In this document: positions 50,964 to 59,237 of the stretch, one piece after another
Numbering within the stretch: position 1 is the first letter of the stretch
Layout of the letters: every line of letters starts with the position of its first letter
Source of the DNA: a virus
Lineage: Duplodnaviria; Caudoviricetes
DNA: 64,000 nucleotides
Strand: one strand, 5' to 3'
Virus record (IMG/VR): IMGVR_UViG_3300029915_001170
Coordinates: 35,641-99,640 of that record
Notes under the pieces: generated by a model
What the model saw: the letters and a program-made list of their open reading frames with translations, nothing else
What the model was told of the DNA's origin: nothing
The model's database searches: none
Made by a program: the position numbers and the translations under genes

Positions 50964-50974
50964 AAAACTTATCC

Positions 50975-51116
50975 TGGACTTACGGTGGAGAATGATAGTA
51001 GCATCAACCATCAAGAAGGAGAGCAGCATCCTAGTTCTTATGCGCATTATCACCTAGGCCCTCGCTCTTAGTGCGACCTCTTCCCGCTATAGCTGCGGTT
51101 CTCTCCCGTAAATCCA
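50975..51116 (-). ncRNA. multibranch structured ncRNA candidate
   Basis: terminal stem plus four hairpins; GC-rich in an AT-rich background. Confidence 0.5.
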
Positions 51117-51394
51117 CGATATTAAAATCTTATAATCTTATATCGTTTTTTTGAATGAATATTATTATAGGCCCATTTTTCAAAACGCTTCGTCGCAGAA
51201 ATTATTTCCGGAGTTGTAAAATCCGGGGTAAAACCTGCGAGTAGTTCGCCTATAGGTTTATAAATCTTTCTCATGCGATTGATTAAATTTATTTTTACAG
51301 CTTTTGGCAATTTTTTATATTGCGTCAAAATACATACCGATACGCTTTCGATTTCGTTTAATCTAATTGGCATTCTAATATCCTATAAATTCTT

Positions 51395-51614
51395 CAATCT
51401 TCTGTTCCCAATGGTGATTTCTCTCAAAATTTTCGTATTCCGAAATTACTAATCACTTCGACTAGCATAAAATTTGACTCACACAGAACATACTGATAAT
51501 CTTAATATTTATGATCGGCGTGAAAATATTTCTTCATATCATTTAGTGTTGGAAATTTAGCGAACGATGAACCAGGAGCGGTTTTATCATTTAACCCAAC
51601 TTTATGACCGGATA
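51395..51614 (-). pseudogene. truncated C-terminal fragment of GNAT-like family gene
   Basis: 'SGHKVGLNDKTAPGSSF..DMKKYF..DYQYVL' with two in-frame stops. Confidence 0.7.
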
Positions 51615-51620
51615 TATAAT

Positions 51621-51696
51621 TGGTAATCCCGAGCAAATTTGAATCGTTATTTCTAGCTTAGGAGGCAAGTGCCCTATCCAGTTGGACGACGGGAGC
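51621..51696 (-). pseudogene. chimeric tRNA-Arg (CCU 5' part, ACG-gene 3' part)
   Basis: 5' part identical to 49392 gene, 3' end identical to 53464 gene; broken T and acceptor stems. Confidence 0.85.
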
Positions 51697-51700
51697 AATA

Positions 51701-52381
51701 TTAATCTAATGGTAAATTATTTTCTTCTCTAGCTTTACGAATTTTAAATGATGGCCAAATATTTATCTGGTCGTCCGGCGTCTCTGATAAAATATATCGA
51801 TAGTTTTGATAATTTCGATCCTTACCGAAAAAAGATTTTAATTCATTTTCTGTTTCACACCGAGTAAAACTTTCTCCAGGTTTTGTTCTATCATATACCG
51901 AAACAACATGTCCATCGGAAAATAATCTATGCCATATCTTAAAACCGGATGCACTCAATGTTTTATCACTTACTACCAAATTCTTTGGCGATCCAGATAA
52001 ATTTTTTAAATCGTTTATGATTGCAAGATACAAATCGCTGGCATATGGACTTCCGGACGCATCGGGATTTTTTCCCGTCATTAAAACAGCAACATTTCTA
52101 GGTTTCTTTTCTAAAATCGATCCAATCCAAAGTATTCCATCTTTTTCATACCAATAATATACATCATTTTCAAAATCCATTTTATACAAATTGTTATTGA
52201 TTTTTTGCACGGCATTTGGCCGGGCTTTTTTAAGATCATTAATATCGTTTTTAACCGCCGGCCACGCTGCAAATTCCATCTGTCCTGGCTCTATGAAGAG
52301 CCAGGATTCGTTGAAGTCAATTCTTCCGTCAATTCCATCGCCCCAATTTTTATCTTCATTTATTAATTCATTGACCTTCAT
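51701..52381 (-). CDS. GNAT-like paralog family protein
   Basis: close paralog of 49849-50514. Confidence 0.75.
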   Translation of the reverse strand: MKVNELINEDKNWGDGIDGRIDFNESWLFIEPGQMEFAAWPAVKNDINDLKKARPNAVQKINNNLYKMDFENDVYYWYEKDGILWIGSILEKKPRNVAVLMTGKNPDASGSPYASDLYLAIINDLKNLSGSPKNLVVSDKTLSASGFKIWHRLFSDGHVVSVYDRTKPGESFTRCETENELKSFFGKDRNYQNYRYILSETPDDQINIWPSFKIRKAREENNLPLD

Positions 52382-52394
52382 ACAGCTTTTTCAC

Positions 52395-53042
52395 CTAATC
52401 TAATGGTAAATTATTTTCCTCTCTCACTTTCCGTAGGCTAAAATATGAAAATGCTTCAGCAAAATTCTTAGCTGATTCAGATAACACATATTGATAATCT
52501 TGATAATTTTTACCAACACCAAAATATTTTTTCATTTCGTCGAATGATTTAAAATGTTTAAATGTCTGCCCCGGATTATTTTTATCGTAAAGACTAATTT
52601 TATGGCCCGTATCAAATAATTTTTCCCAAATTTTAAAACCGTCTTCACTTAATGTTTTATCGCTTCTTAAACAAATATTATGCATACAGTCTTTTAGAAT
52701 AGATAGATATAAATCACTTGAAAACGGTGGGACCCCGAATAAATTAGGATCTTTTCCAACCATTCTAACAATATAGGCATACTTTTGTTTTTCTAGTGTA
52801 ACCGCTAATACAATTTTATCATTCTTTTCTACCCAATAGTAAATGTTATTGGGTAATTCTAACTTTTTTAAATCCATATTCAATACAATAACATTTTCTG
52901 GATAAATTTTTATTATTTCCAACACAATATTTTTAATACCGGGCCATGAATTAAACTGCATTTTTTCGGGAGACTCGTATAAAAATGCCCTATTAAAACT
53001 CGTTCTATCTGATTCTTCATTGCATATATCATTAATTTTCAT
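52395..53042 (-). CDS. GNAT-like paralog family protein
   Basis: MKINDICNEE start; 'SDKTLSEDGFKIWEKL'. Confidence 0.75.
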   Translation of the reverse strand: MKINDICNEESDRTSFNRAFLYESPEKMQFNSWPGIKNIVLEIIKIYPENVIVLNMDLKKLELPNNIYYWVEKNDKIVLAVTLEKQKYAYIVRMVGKDPNLFGVPPFSSDLYLSILKDCMHNICLRSDKTLSEDGFKIWEKLFDTGHKISLYDKNNPGQTFKHFKSFDEMKKYFGVGKNYQDYQYVLSESAKNFAEAFSYFSLRKVREENNLPLD

Positions 53043-53056
53043 ATTTTTCCTTAAAT

Positions 53057-53132
53057 TGATGCTCACTGCGGGATATGACCACGCATACTTGGTTTCGAAA
53101 ATTGAGGCCCTATCCAGTTGGACAAACTGAGC
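53057..53132 (-). pseudogene. degenerate tRNA-Arg copy of 50572
   Basis: same flanks; damaged T-loop, anticodon stem and CCA. Confidence 0.75.
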
Positions 53133-53140
53133 AAAAACTT

Positions 53141-53214
53141 TGGAGCCGATGGCAGAAATTGAATCCGCATCTCCCGATTACGAAACGGGCACTCTACCAT
53201 TGAGATACATCGGC
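53141..53214 (-). tRNA. tRNA-Thr(CGU) copy 2
   Basis: ttCGTaa loop, CCA. Confidence 0.85.
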
Positions 53215-53222
53215 ATACTTAT

Positions 53223-53305
53223 TTTCACTGACAGGTTACTTACAAACCGCGTGAGTGCGTATATTATTGCTCAATCCCTCGCGTCTACTCTATGCTGCAA
53301 TGAAA
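53223..53305 (-). ncRNA. structured ncRNA candidate (short homolog of 50738)
   Basis: tttcattg/cagtgaaa stem, ggtt-N7-aacc hairpin. Confidence 0.5.
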
Positions 53306-53463
53306 TTTTAAACTCTTCTTAAACTTTTTGCTAATTTTTTAGCTTCTTTTCCTAATCGATTTGTTAATTTTCGTCTTTGTTTTTCGGAAGGTTGTTTGGA
53401 TAAAAATGCTAAAATTGCTGCTTCCGTAATGGTAATGGTTGTCATATTACTCCAGTATATAAT

Positions 53464-53539
53464 TGGTAATCCCGAGCAAATTTGAATTGCTATCTCAAGC
53501 TTCGTAGACTAGTGTCCTATCCATTTGGACGACGGGATC
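53464..53539 (-). tRNA. tRNA-Arg(ACG)
   Basis: ctACGaa loop, weak anticodon stem, CCA. Confidence 0.8.
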
Positions 53540-53556
53540 GTAATTATTAATAAAAT

Positions 53557-53636
53557 TGGTGCGTTCGGAAGGACTCGAACCTTCGATCATTTCCGATTTG
53601 TAAGAACGGTGTCTTGGCCACTCGACGCACGAACGC
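53557..53636 (-). tRNA. tRNA-Val(UAC)
   Basis: ctTACaa loop, 8-nt variable region, CCA. Confidence 0.85.
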
Positions 53637-53996
53637 ACTGTGTAAATCTATATATTTTACGCATTAATCTTTCTATTTAGATCATTTATTATTTTTGATA
53701 ATTGCTTTCGTAACTGGCGGAGGCAAGTTTCTGGTTCCCATCCTCGGGCAATTAAGTCAAGATAATTATCTAATGCAATCGTGACTGGATCTATTGGTTT
53801 AAGCATATTTTCCTCGTATATGAACTACCGCATTTCAGTGTGCTACCACGTCAAAAGCAGCGGCTCCTTGGGCAATTTGCCACGGGACCTATTATTGTAA
53901 TACATATCTAGAAATTAATTTCCCAAAGAAACTTCAATTTTTAATGCAAATGAGTTCATTCGCTAATATTTATTCAAAATTCGGTGTTAGAATCAT

Positions 53997-54069
53997 TAGC
54001 CCCAGTAGGAGTCGAACCTACACTAAATTTCGTTCGAAGCGAAATTGACTATCCATTGCCGATGGGGCC
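53997..54069 (-). tRNA. tRNA-Arg(UCG), no encoded CCA
   Basis: tttcg-ctTCGaa-cgaaa; canonical T arm. Confidence 0.75.
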
Positions 54070-54113
54070 TTATTAATTATAAGATACTCTATCCAGTTGA
54101 GTTACAGGACCAG

Positions 54114-54314
54114 TTAACTTGATATTTTATTAACAAACATTTTATCAATTTCTTCTTCTGCACTAGCCCATGCTTCCTTTTCATTTCGAACAACACGACT
54201 AATAAGCATATAATAAGGAGTGTCCAGAGTATCAATCGATAATGCACATTCATTTCGGCAAAATTTAATTAATTTTGGAAAAGGATAAATCGATAAAACT
54301 TTTTCTTGGTTCAT
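54114..54314 (-). CDS. YP-A/AW family microprotein
   Basis: 'VLSIYP...EAWASA'. Confidence 0.55.
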   Translation of the reverse strand: MNQEKVLSIYPFPKLIKFCRNECALSIDTLDTPYYMLISRVVRNEKEAWASAEEEIDKMFVNKISS

Positions 54315-54319
54315 AATTT

Positions 54320-54394
54320 TGGTAGACCCTCAGAGAATCGAACTCTTGTATTTCCCTAATCGGGGGAATGTCCTAGCCACTGGACGAAGGGTCT
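54320..54394 (-). tRNA. tRNA-Ile(GAU), atypical loop
   Basis: ttccc-ccGATta-gggaa; CCA. Confidence 0.75.
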
Positions 54395-55325
54395 ATAAAC
54401 CTTTCTTTTCATTCTGCTGCCGTTGTAACTTATTGGCAACAGCCGTTCTTTCTTCTTCACTTAACTGATCAACATCAATTCTTGCATCTAATAATTCTTT
54501 AATAAGTGAATCTACATCTTTATTTATGCGAGCTTTTTTCTTATGTTTAATCGGCGCATCAATAATTTTCGATGTATTGTGAAGATCAAATGCAAGTAGC
54601 ATAGATAATGCCAATGGATCAAAAACAATAACGAGTAAAATAATCATCCAACGTACGGCATGATCTAATAAATCCTGACTTGGGTTATCTCCATACATCA
54701 TTGCAGCAATATATTTAATTGGCCCTACATCAACGTTATTTTTCTGCAATTCTAATTTTAAAGGTGCTTCTTTTTGCTGTAACTGATCAATCTGTTTCTG
54801 TTTATCTTGCATATCAGAATTGATTTGCGCTCGTTCTTTTTGCTGGCCGTTTCGAACTGTTAGTGCCTTTGTTGCACCAGTTTCATTTGTGCTGCTCGAA
54901 ATTACTTGTGTTATTGCGGTATCTAATTGTTTAAGTGTGCCTTCATCGGATTGTTTTTCTGCTTGTAAGGTTGTAATTTGGCTATCGTAAATTCCAATAT
55001 TCGATTGAATTGCATCGCCAGTTAAACTTTGTGCTACGTGAGCCTTTGAAAGAAAACCAAAAATACCGATTGAGGTAATCGTCATTAAAATTATAATTGC
55101 GGCTGATAGATAAATTCTTAATAAGAATTTGGTTCGACCCCAATTTTCGTGAAGAAATAGTGTAAGAACTACCTTCGCAATTTCTAGTACCGTGCCCATT
55201 GTTATTACAGCAGTAAATGCTCCAGAAAAAATACTTGTTAAACCATTAATTGAATAAAAAGCTGCGGTACAACTTATCGATAATGCAGCCAAAAGGAGTG
55301 CATAATCTAAAAATTTGTTCTTCAA
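54393..55325 (-). CDS. membrane coiled-coil protein (DUF4407-like)
   Basis: three N-terminal TMs, coiled coil, 'VGPIKYIA', 'IVFDPLA'. Confidence 0.75.
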   Translation of the reverse strand: MKNKFLDYALLLAALSISCTAAFYSINGLTSIFSGAFTAVITMGTVLEIAKVVLTLFLHENWGRTKFLLRIYLSAAIIILMTITSIGIFGFLSKAHVAQSLTGDAIQSNIGIYDSQITTLQAEKQSDEGTLKQLDTAITQVISSSTNETGATKALTVRNGQQKERAQINSDMQDKQKQIDQLQQKEAPLKLELQKNNVDVGPIKYIAAMMYGDNPSQDLLDHAVRWMIILLVIVFDPLALSMLLAFDLHNTSKIIDAPIKHKKKARINKDVDSLIKELLDARIDVDQLSEEERTAVANKLQRQQNEKKGL

Positions 55326-55363
55326 ATCACTGTCCTATGATTTAATTATATTACAGATCTGCG

Positions 55364-55981
55364 CTACCACAGATCTTTCGAATTTAAAAAAGTGAACGCA
55401 GGTTTAATAATTGAAGGTGAATTCCACTTTTTAGTATTTTCTGAAATTTTTTGTAATCGATCCGCCGCACAATTATTTTCAATTAAAATTGCGGTTTTTG
55501 CATTATGCAACGTATTTGCACGAAGACTTATTTCGGCGTCCAAATGTTCTTTGGATAAATCGGAGAAATTAATTGGGTTGCCATTTTGATCTTTAAAAAT
55601 TAACCCTCGACCACCGTTCGTTAATAACTTTCCTAGCCATTTTAATCCGTCAGGCGTTAATTCCTCGGTATGTTGTATGATTAATTTAATTTTATGTGCG
55701 GTTAATGAAAATATAATTATAGAAATGAGGCCTTTAATTTGTGCGATATTTTCAATTCTTACCAATGGATAATAATCATCGATTGGTGAATCTAAAATAG
55801 TTACATATGCCTGCACCTCTTTATTTTCATCACAGATTAGATAAAAAATTTCATTACCGAATCGAAGCTGTAAAATATTTTTTCCATCTATAGAATCAAA
55901 AGGTATTGCTGCGGATATATCAACCGTATTCCAACTAATTGACGGAATTGCATCTGCATATAAAATTTCATTTATTTTCAT
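55364..55981 (-). CDS. divergent GNAT-like family protein
   Basis: MKINEIL start; 'LTPDGLKWL'. Confidence 0.55.
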   Translation of the reverse strand: MKINEILYADAIPSISWNTVDISAAIPFDSIDGKNILQLRFGNEIFYLICDENKEVQAYVTILDSPIDDYYPLVRIENIAQIKGLISIIIFSLTAHKIKLIIQHTEELTPDGLKWLGKLLTNGGRGLIFKDQNGNPINFSDLSKEHLDAEISLRANTLHNAKTAILIENNCAADRLQKISENTKKWNSPSIIKPAFTFLNSKDLW

Positions 55982-55984
55982 ACT

Positions 55985-56287
55985 CTATAGATATGTCTTT
56001 TCGTCTACTACGGTTAATACTCGTATCGATTCAATAGTATGGACGCCGTTGCTGTACGGACAGTATGAATTAAAATTCTCGATTTGATTTTCTGTTAGAA
56101 TGTCTTCATATGTTTCCCGCACAGTAGAATCTGACGATTGCCCGTGAGGCCAATCACCATCCTTATCTTTGATAGCCTTAAAAATCGGCTTTAATTTTTC
56201 CAGCACATCGGTAGTGATCTCTTTAATCGACATTATATAATCGGCATCATTTGTGTCTGCCTTAATTACCAACAGTAGTTTTTCCAA
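55985..56287 (-). CDS. hypothetical protein
   Basis: 'ADTNDADY', 'VHTIESI'. Confidence 0.6.
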   Translation of the reverse strand: MEKLLLVIKADTNDADYIMSIKEITTDVLEKLKPIFKAIKDKDGDWPHGQSSDSTVRETYEDILTENQIENFNSYCPYSNGVHTIESIRVLTVVDEKTYL

Positions 56288-56298
56288 AAACCCTTTCC

Positions 56299-56490
56299 TT
56301 ATTTTGCTAATCTTGCAAGTACCGCACGATCTATAATCTTAGCTGCATTAGCCCAGGCAGTTTCTTCTCGATAACAAAAGCTGCTAATTTTTCGATAGCC
56401 ATCCTGTATGTAACATCTACCATCTGCTCTAATCACTCGAGCCGTAGGATAAATCGACTTTACTTTTTTAATAGCTTCTTCTAGTATCAT
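56299..56490 (-). CDS. YP-A/AW family microprotein
   Basis: 'VKSIYPTA...AWANA...ARL'. Confidence 0.6.
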   Translation of the reverse strand: MILEEAIKKVKSIYPTARVIRADGRCYIQDGYRKISSFCYREETAWANAAKIIDRAVLARLAK

Positions 56491-56495
56491 AATTT

Positions 56496-56570
56496 TGGTA
56501 GGGAATCGGAAAGTTGAATTCCGGTCTCATGATTGAGAATCATGCATCCTAACCACTGGACGAATTCCCC
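56496..56570 (-). tRNA. tRNA-Glu(CUC)
   Basis: catga-ttCTCaa-tcatg, CCA. Confidence 0.85.
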
Positions 56571-56577
56571 ATAATTT

Positions 56578-56652
56578 TGGTAGGGCGTATCGAATTCGAA
56601 TCGATGCTCCGAGATTGAAGGTCTCGTAACCTAACCGCTAGTTGAACGCCCC
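56578..56652 (-). tRNA. tRNA-Glu(UUC), C33
   Basis: cgaga-ccTTCaa-tctcg, CCA. Confidence 0.8.
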
Positions 56653-56856
56653 ATAATTTCTAATACTTTCCGAACCCAATATTAAATAGATCGTCGATGG
56701 ATTTCAAATGAGTATGTTTCAAAAAGTATTTATTCTTACATTCATCAGAACAAAACGAATAAAATCCAGGAACTGGGCCATAACATTTGTGACACATAGT
56801 TGTGGGCTTTTCGGTTCCATTAATAGGAGCAACTTTCCCGTTTAGACAATCTGCCA

Positions 56857-57228
56857 TCAAAAAGCCCTCCCATAATGATGTCGTATTACCTGTTCCATTC
56901 TAGCCTTACCAACGGGATTCATACTATGCACTCGAACACCCTTGACCGGCCAAATATTTTTTTCTTCCATATAACAAATAATGTCATACCCGGACTTTAC
57001 ATGTGGACAACGATTAAAAAATGTTGTTTCAGCCGTTTTCATATCACCGATATGATAATTTGAATTTGTGCATTCTAGGCAAGCGCCGATATCGTGATCG
57101 AGACTTGCAAATATGACTTCGCCCGTTTCTAACGCCGCGATTGCTTCCTCATAGCTCTTGGCCCAATCCCATCCGATGCATCCGAATTTTGCTGGATCGC
57201 GTACATCATCTAACCAAAGATATATCAT
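56857..57228 (-). CDS. cyclic-phosphate-processing receiver-like domain protein
   Basis: 'LWLDDVR', 'SLDHDIG', 'SGYD', 'VHSMNPVG'. Confidence 0.75.
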   Translation of the reverse strand: MIYLWLDDVRDPAKFGCIGWDWAKSYEEAIAALETGEVIFASLDHDIGACLECTNSNYHIGDMKTAETTFFNRCPHVKSGYDIICYMEEKNIWPVKGVRVHSMNPVGKARMEQVIRHHYGRAF

Positions 57229-57229
57229 T

Positions 57230-57460
57230 TTATTGTCCCAAAATATAGATTAATTTTTCATCTTTTGGAAGAACACGAATTATTTCACTTTCTATTATAA
57301 TTCCCCCGTTATCGATGATGTATGCAGGCCCATTTCCAAGACTAGCTCTTCCTATCAGTATAGTTCGGTTAATCGGATACCCATTAGCCGAATATTCAAC
57401 TAAATCATAAATATCGTACTTATAATCAAAATCAAAATTTCCTAAAACAGATTGTCGCAT
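57230..57460 (-). CDS. 'ESEIIR' family microprotein
   Basis: 'YKYDIYDLVEY...ESEIIRVL..DEKLIY'. Confidence 0.6.
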   Translation of the reverse strand: MRQSVLGNFDFDYKYDIYDLVEYSANGYPINRTILIGRASLGNGPAYIIDNGGIIIESEIIRVLPKDEKLIYILGQ

Positions 57461-57473
57461 CGCATATCCAATC

Positions 57474-57683
57474 TCATTGTCCCAAAATATAGATTAATTT
57501 TTCATCTTCTGTCAAATACCGAATTATTTCACTTTGCAGTACAACTGTTTGATGGTCAGTCCAATATGCCGATCTACTTAGATAGTATGTAGGTATCGTT
57601 AATTTAACAATATCCGACCAATCCCCATCTACATGACATTTGACGTAATCGCCGACATGATACTTGAATATTTCATCGCTCAT
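57474..57683 (-). CDS. 'ESEIIR' family microprotein
   Basis: paralog of 57230. Confidence 0.6.
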   Translation of the reverse strand: MSDEIFKYHVGDYVKCHVDGDWSDIVKLTIPTYYLSRSAYWTDHQTVVLQSEIIRYLTEDEKLIYILGQ

Positions 57684-57763
57684 GAAAATTATACCTGTTT
57701 CGTATATTATCCCTTGTTGAAACTATAGGGCGTCCAGAGAATTGAATATTTAATTCTAAAACT

Positions 57764-57840
57764 TGGTCGGAATGGTGGAATTCGAATCCACGTCGTCCTG
57801 TTCCCGAAACAGGTGCCTCAAACCACTAGGCTACATTCCG
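57764..57840 (-). tRNA. tRNA-Pro(CGG)
   Basis: cctgt-ttCGGga-acagg, CCA. Confidence 0.9.
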
Positions 57841-57915
57841 AAATAGCAAACTACTCGGGGTCGAATTTGGTTGGTTTTCCTTCCTTCGACAGTTTGCTGG
57901 GTAAACTTATTTTAT

Positions 57916-57991
57916 TGGCTACCAGAGAGGAACTCGAATCCCCATCACCAGGATCAAAACCTAGGGTCCTAACCAATTGAACGATCTGGCA
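57916..57991 (-). tRNA. tRNA-Gln(UUG)
   Basis: ttTTGat loop, G73, CCA. Confidence 0.85.
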
Positions 57992-58531
57992 TCAAAATTT
58001 GTAATTCTTATAAATCTTCCAAAAATCAGCTCGATTTTCAGCAGGAATAACTTTTAATCCCAGTGCCGAAAAAACATCCTCTTCTGTTTCACTTGCTATA
58101 ATATGGCCATCTTTGAAAAGACCATATTGATTCAACTTATCGAAACCTTTATTCTTGCAATATGTTCGCATTGCAATATTGAACTGAGCATTGCCGGTAG
58201 CGTGAAGGCGCGCGGATCCAAAACTTTCCTTTGGCACGGTAATGAACTCAACTTGAATTTCCTTACCATAACACAATACCTTAAGGCTGAGTAAAGAACC
58301 GCCAGACCGATGTACTGCGCTAGGAAAAACGTCACCTACGACATCGAGTAATTTGCTAATAGCGCAATCAGTTATTACAAAATCTAAATCTCCGATTTCA
58401 GTTTTTCCGCGCCGCCAAGAACCACAGATTTCGAAATTAATATTTCGATCGGTTAACACATCTAGATAGGCTGAAATAATGCCATAGGCCTGAGATCGTG
58501 TAATTTTGTTTTCAACCGCAGTGCTAGACAT
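57992..58531 (-). CDS. minimal family X DNA polymerase
   Basis: 'CGSWRRGK.EIGDLDFV', 'HATG..FNIAMR', 'LNQYGLF', 'EEDVF.ALGL'. Confidence 0.85.
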   Translation of the reverse strand: MSSTAVENKITRSQAYGIISAYLDVLTDRNINFEICGSWRRGKTEIGDLDFVITDCAISKLLDVVGDVFPSAVHRSGGSLLSLKVLCYGKEIQVEFITVPKESFGSARLHATGNAQFNIAMRTYCKNKGFDKLNQYGLFKDGHIIASETEEDVFSALGLKVIPAENRADFWKIYKNYKF

Positions 58532-58569
58532 ATATCCAATTTCGCTCTACTGAATTTAACAACAAATAT

Positions 58570-58598
58570 AGTATAGCAAAATTGGATATGAATGTCAA
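58570..58598 (-). promoter_or_regulatory. sigma70 promoter
   Basis: TTGACA-17-TATACT. Confidence 0.7.
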
Positions 58599-58634
58599 GA
58601 GAAATTAAACTCTTTGTTTTTAATAATCTAAAAA

Positions 58635-58715
58635 TGGCGGGACTGATGGGATTCGAACCCACGTTAAATAACTTAATCGACAATTAAGCGCCTTAAACCA
58701 CTTGGCTACAGTCCC
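58635..58715 (-). tRNA. tRNA-Asp(GUC)
   Basis: cttaa-ttGTCga-ttaag, G73, 9-nt variable region. Confidence 0.85.
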
Positions 58716-58723
58716 ATTAAAAA

Positions 58724-59038
58724 TTATCGTCTGCCTCTTTTAATGCTGCGGGTAAAGCCATATCCACGTAACGATCTCGGTTTGGGACCGTAAGGATGCG
58801 GGCCACGCCACGCTCGCCATGGGCCAATTCCAATAAATATTCCGCGTACAAACCACGCCGAATCGTAATATCCATATGGAGCGCAATCATACGGAGCATA
58901 TGAATAATATCCCCATAGACAAACCGGTTCTTCTACGACAGCAGGCTGTGGCTGTTGAACAATAACCTGTACTCCGGCCTGCCCCTCCGCCACTAAACTG
59001 CATAATATTAATGCTACTGCGAAAATTAAATTTTTCAT
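58724..59038 (-). CDS. secreted Tyr/Pro/Gly-rich protein
   Basis: signal peptide; 'PVCLWGYYSYAPYDCAPYGYY..WF.RGIFIGIGPW'. Confidence 0.7.
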   Translation of the reverse strand: MKNLIFAVALILCSLVAEGQAGVQVIVQQPQPAVVEEPVCLWGYYSYAPYDCAPYGYYDSAWFVRGIFIGIGPWRAWRGPHPYGPKPRSLRGYGFTRSIKRGRR

Positions 59039-59054
59039 TGCGTCCTTATTTATG

Positions 59055-59215
59055 TCGATTATTCTGAGGATGGGATCAAACCATCTCCGCCGGACTCCGC
59101 GCCCGGTGTTCAAACACTTTATTGGTTTCGAAAATCATAAGTGTCGCGACACTTTGATTATATCCTGCCAATTGGTCCTGGGATCTGTAACCGCGCAGCT
59201 ACTCTTCACCCAATC
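59055..59215 (-). ncRNA. structured ncRNA candidate
   Basis: GC-rich intergenic stretch with 5-6 hairpins. Confidence 0.4.
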
Positions 59216-59237
59216 TTTTAAACTACTCAGAAACTTT

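Noticed and set aside
49849-52381. Diversity-generating retroelement behind near-duplicate genes
   Set aside because: No reverse transcriptase in the window and differences are not adenine-specific
56578-56652. Possible UCA (opal suppressor) reading of the Glu tRNA
   Set aside because: The 5-bp stem centres TTC in a 7-nt loop, and the body matches the adjacent Glu tRNA
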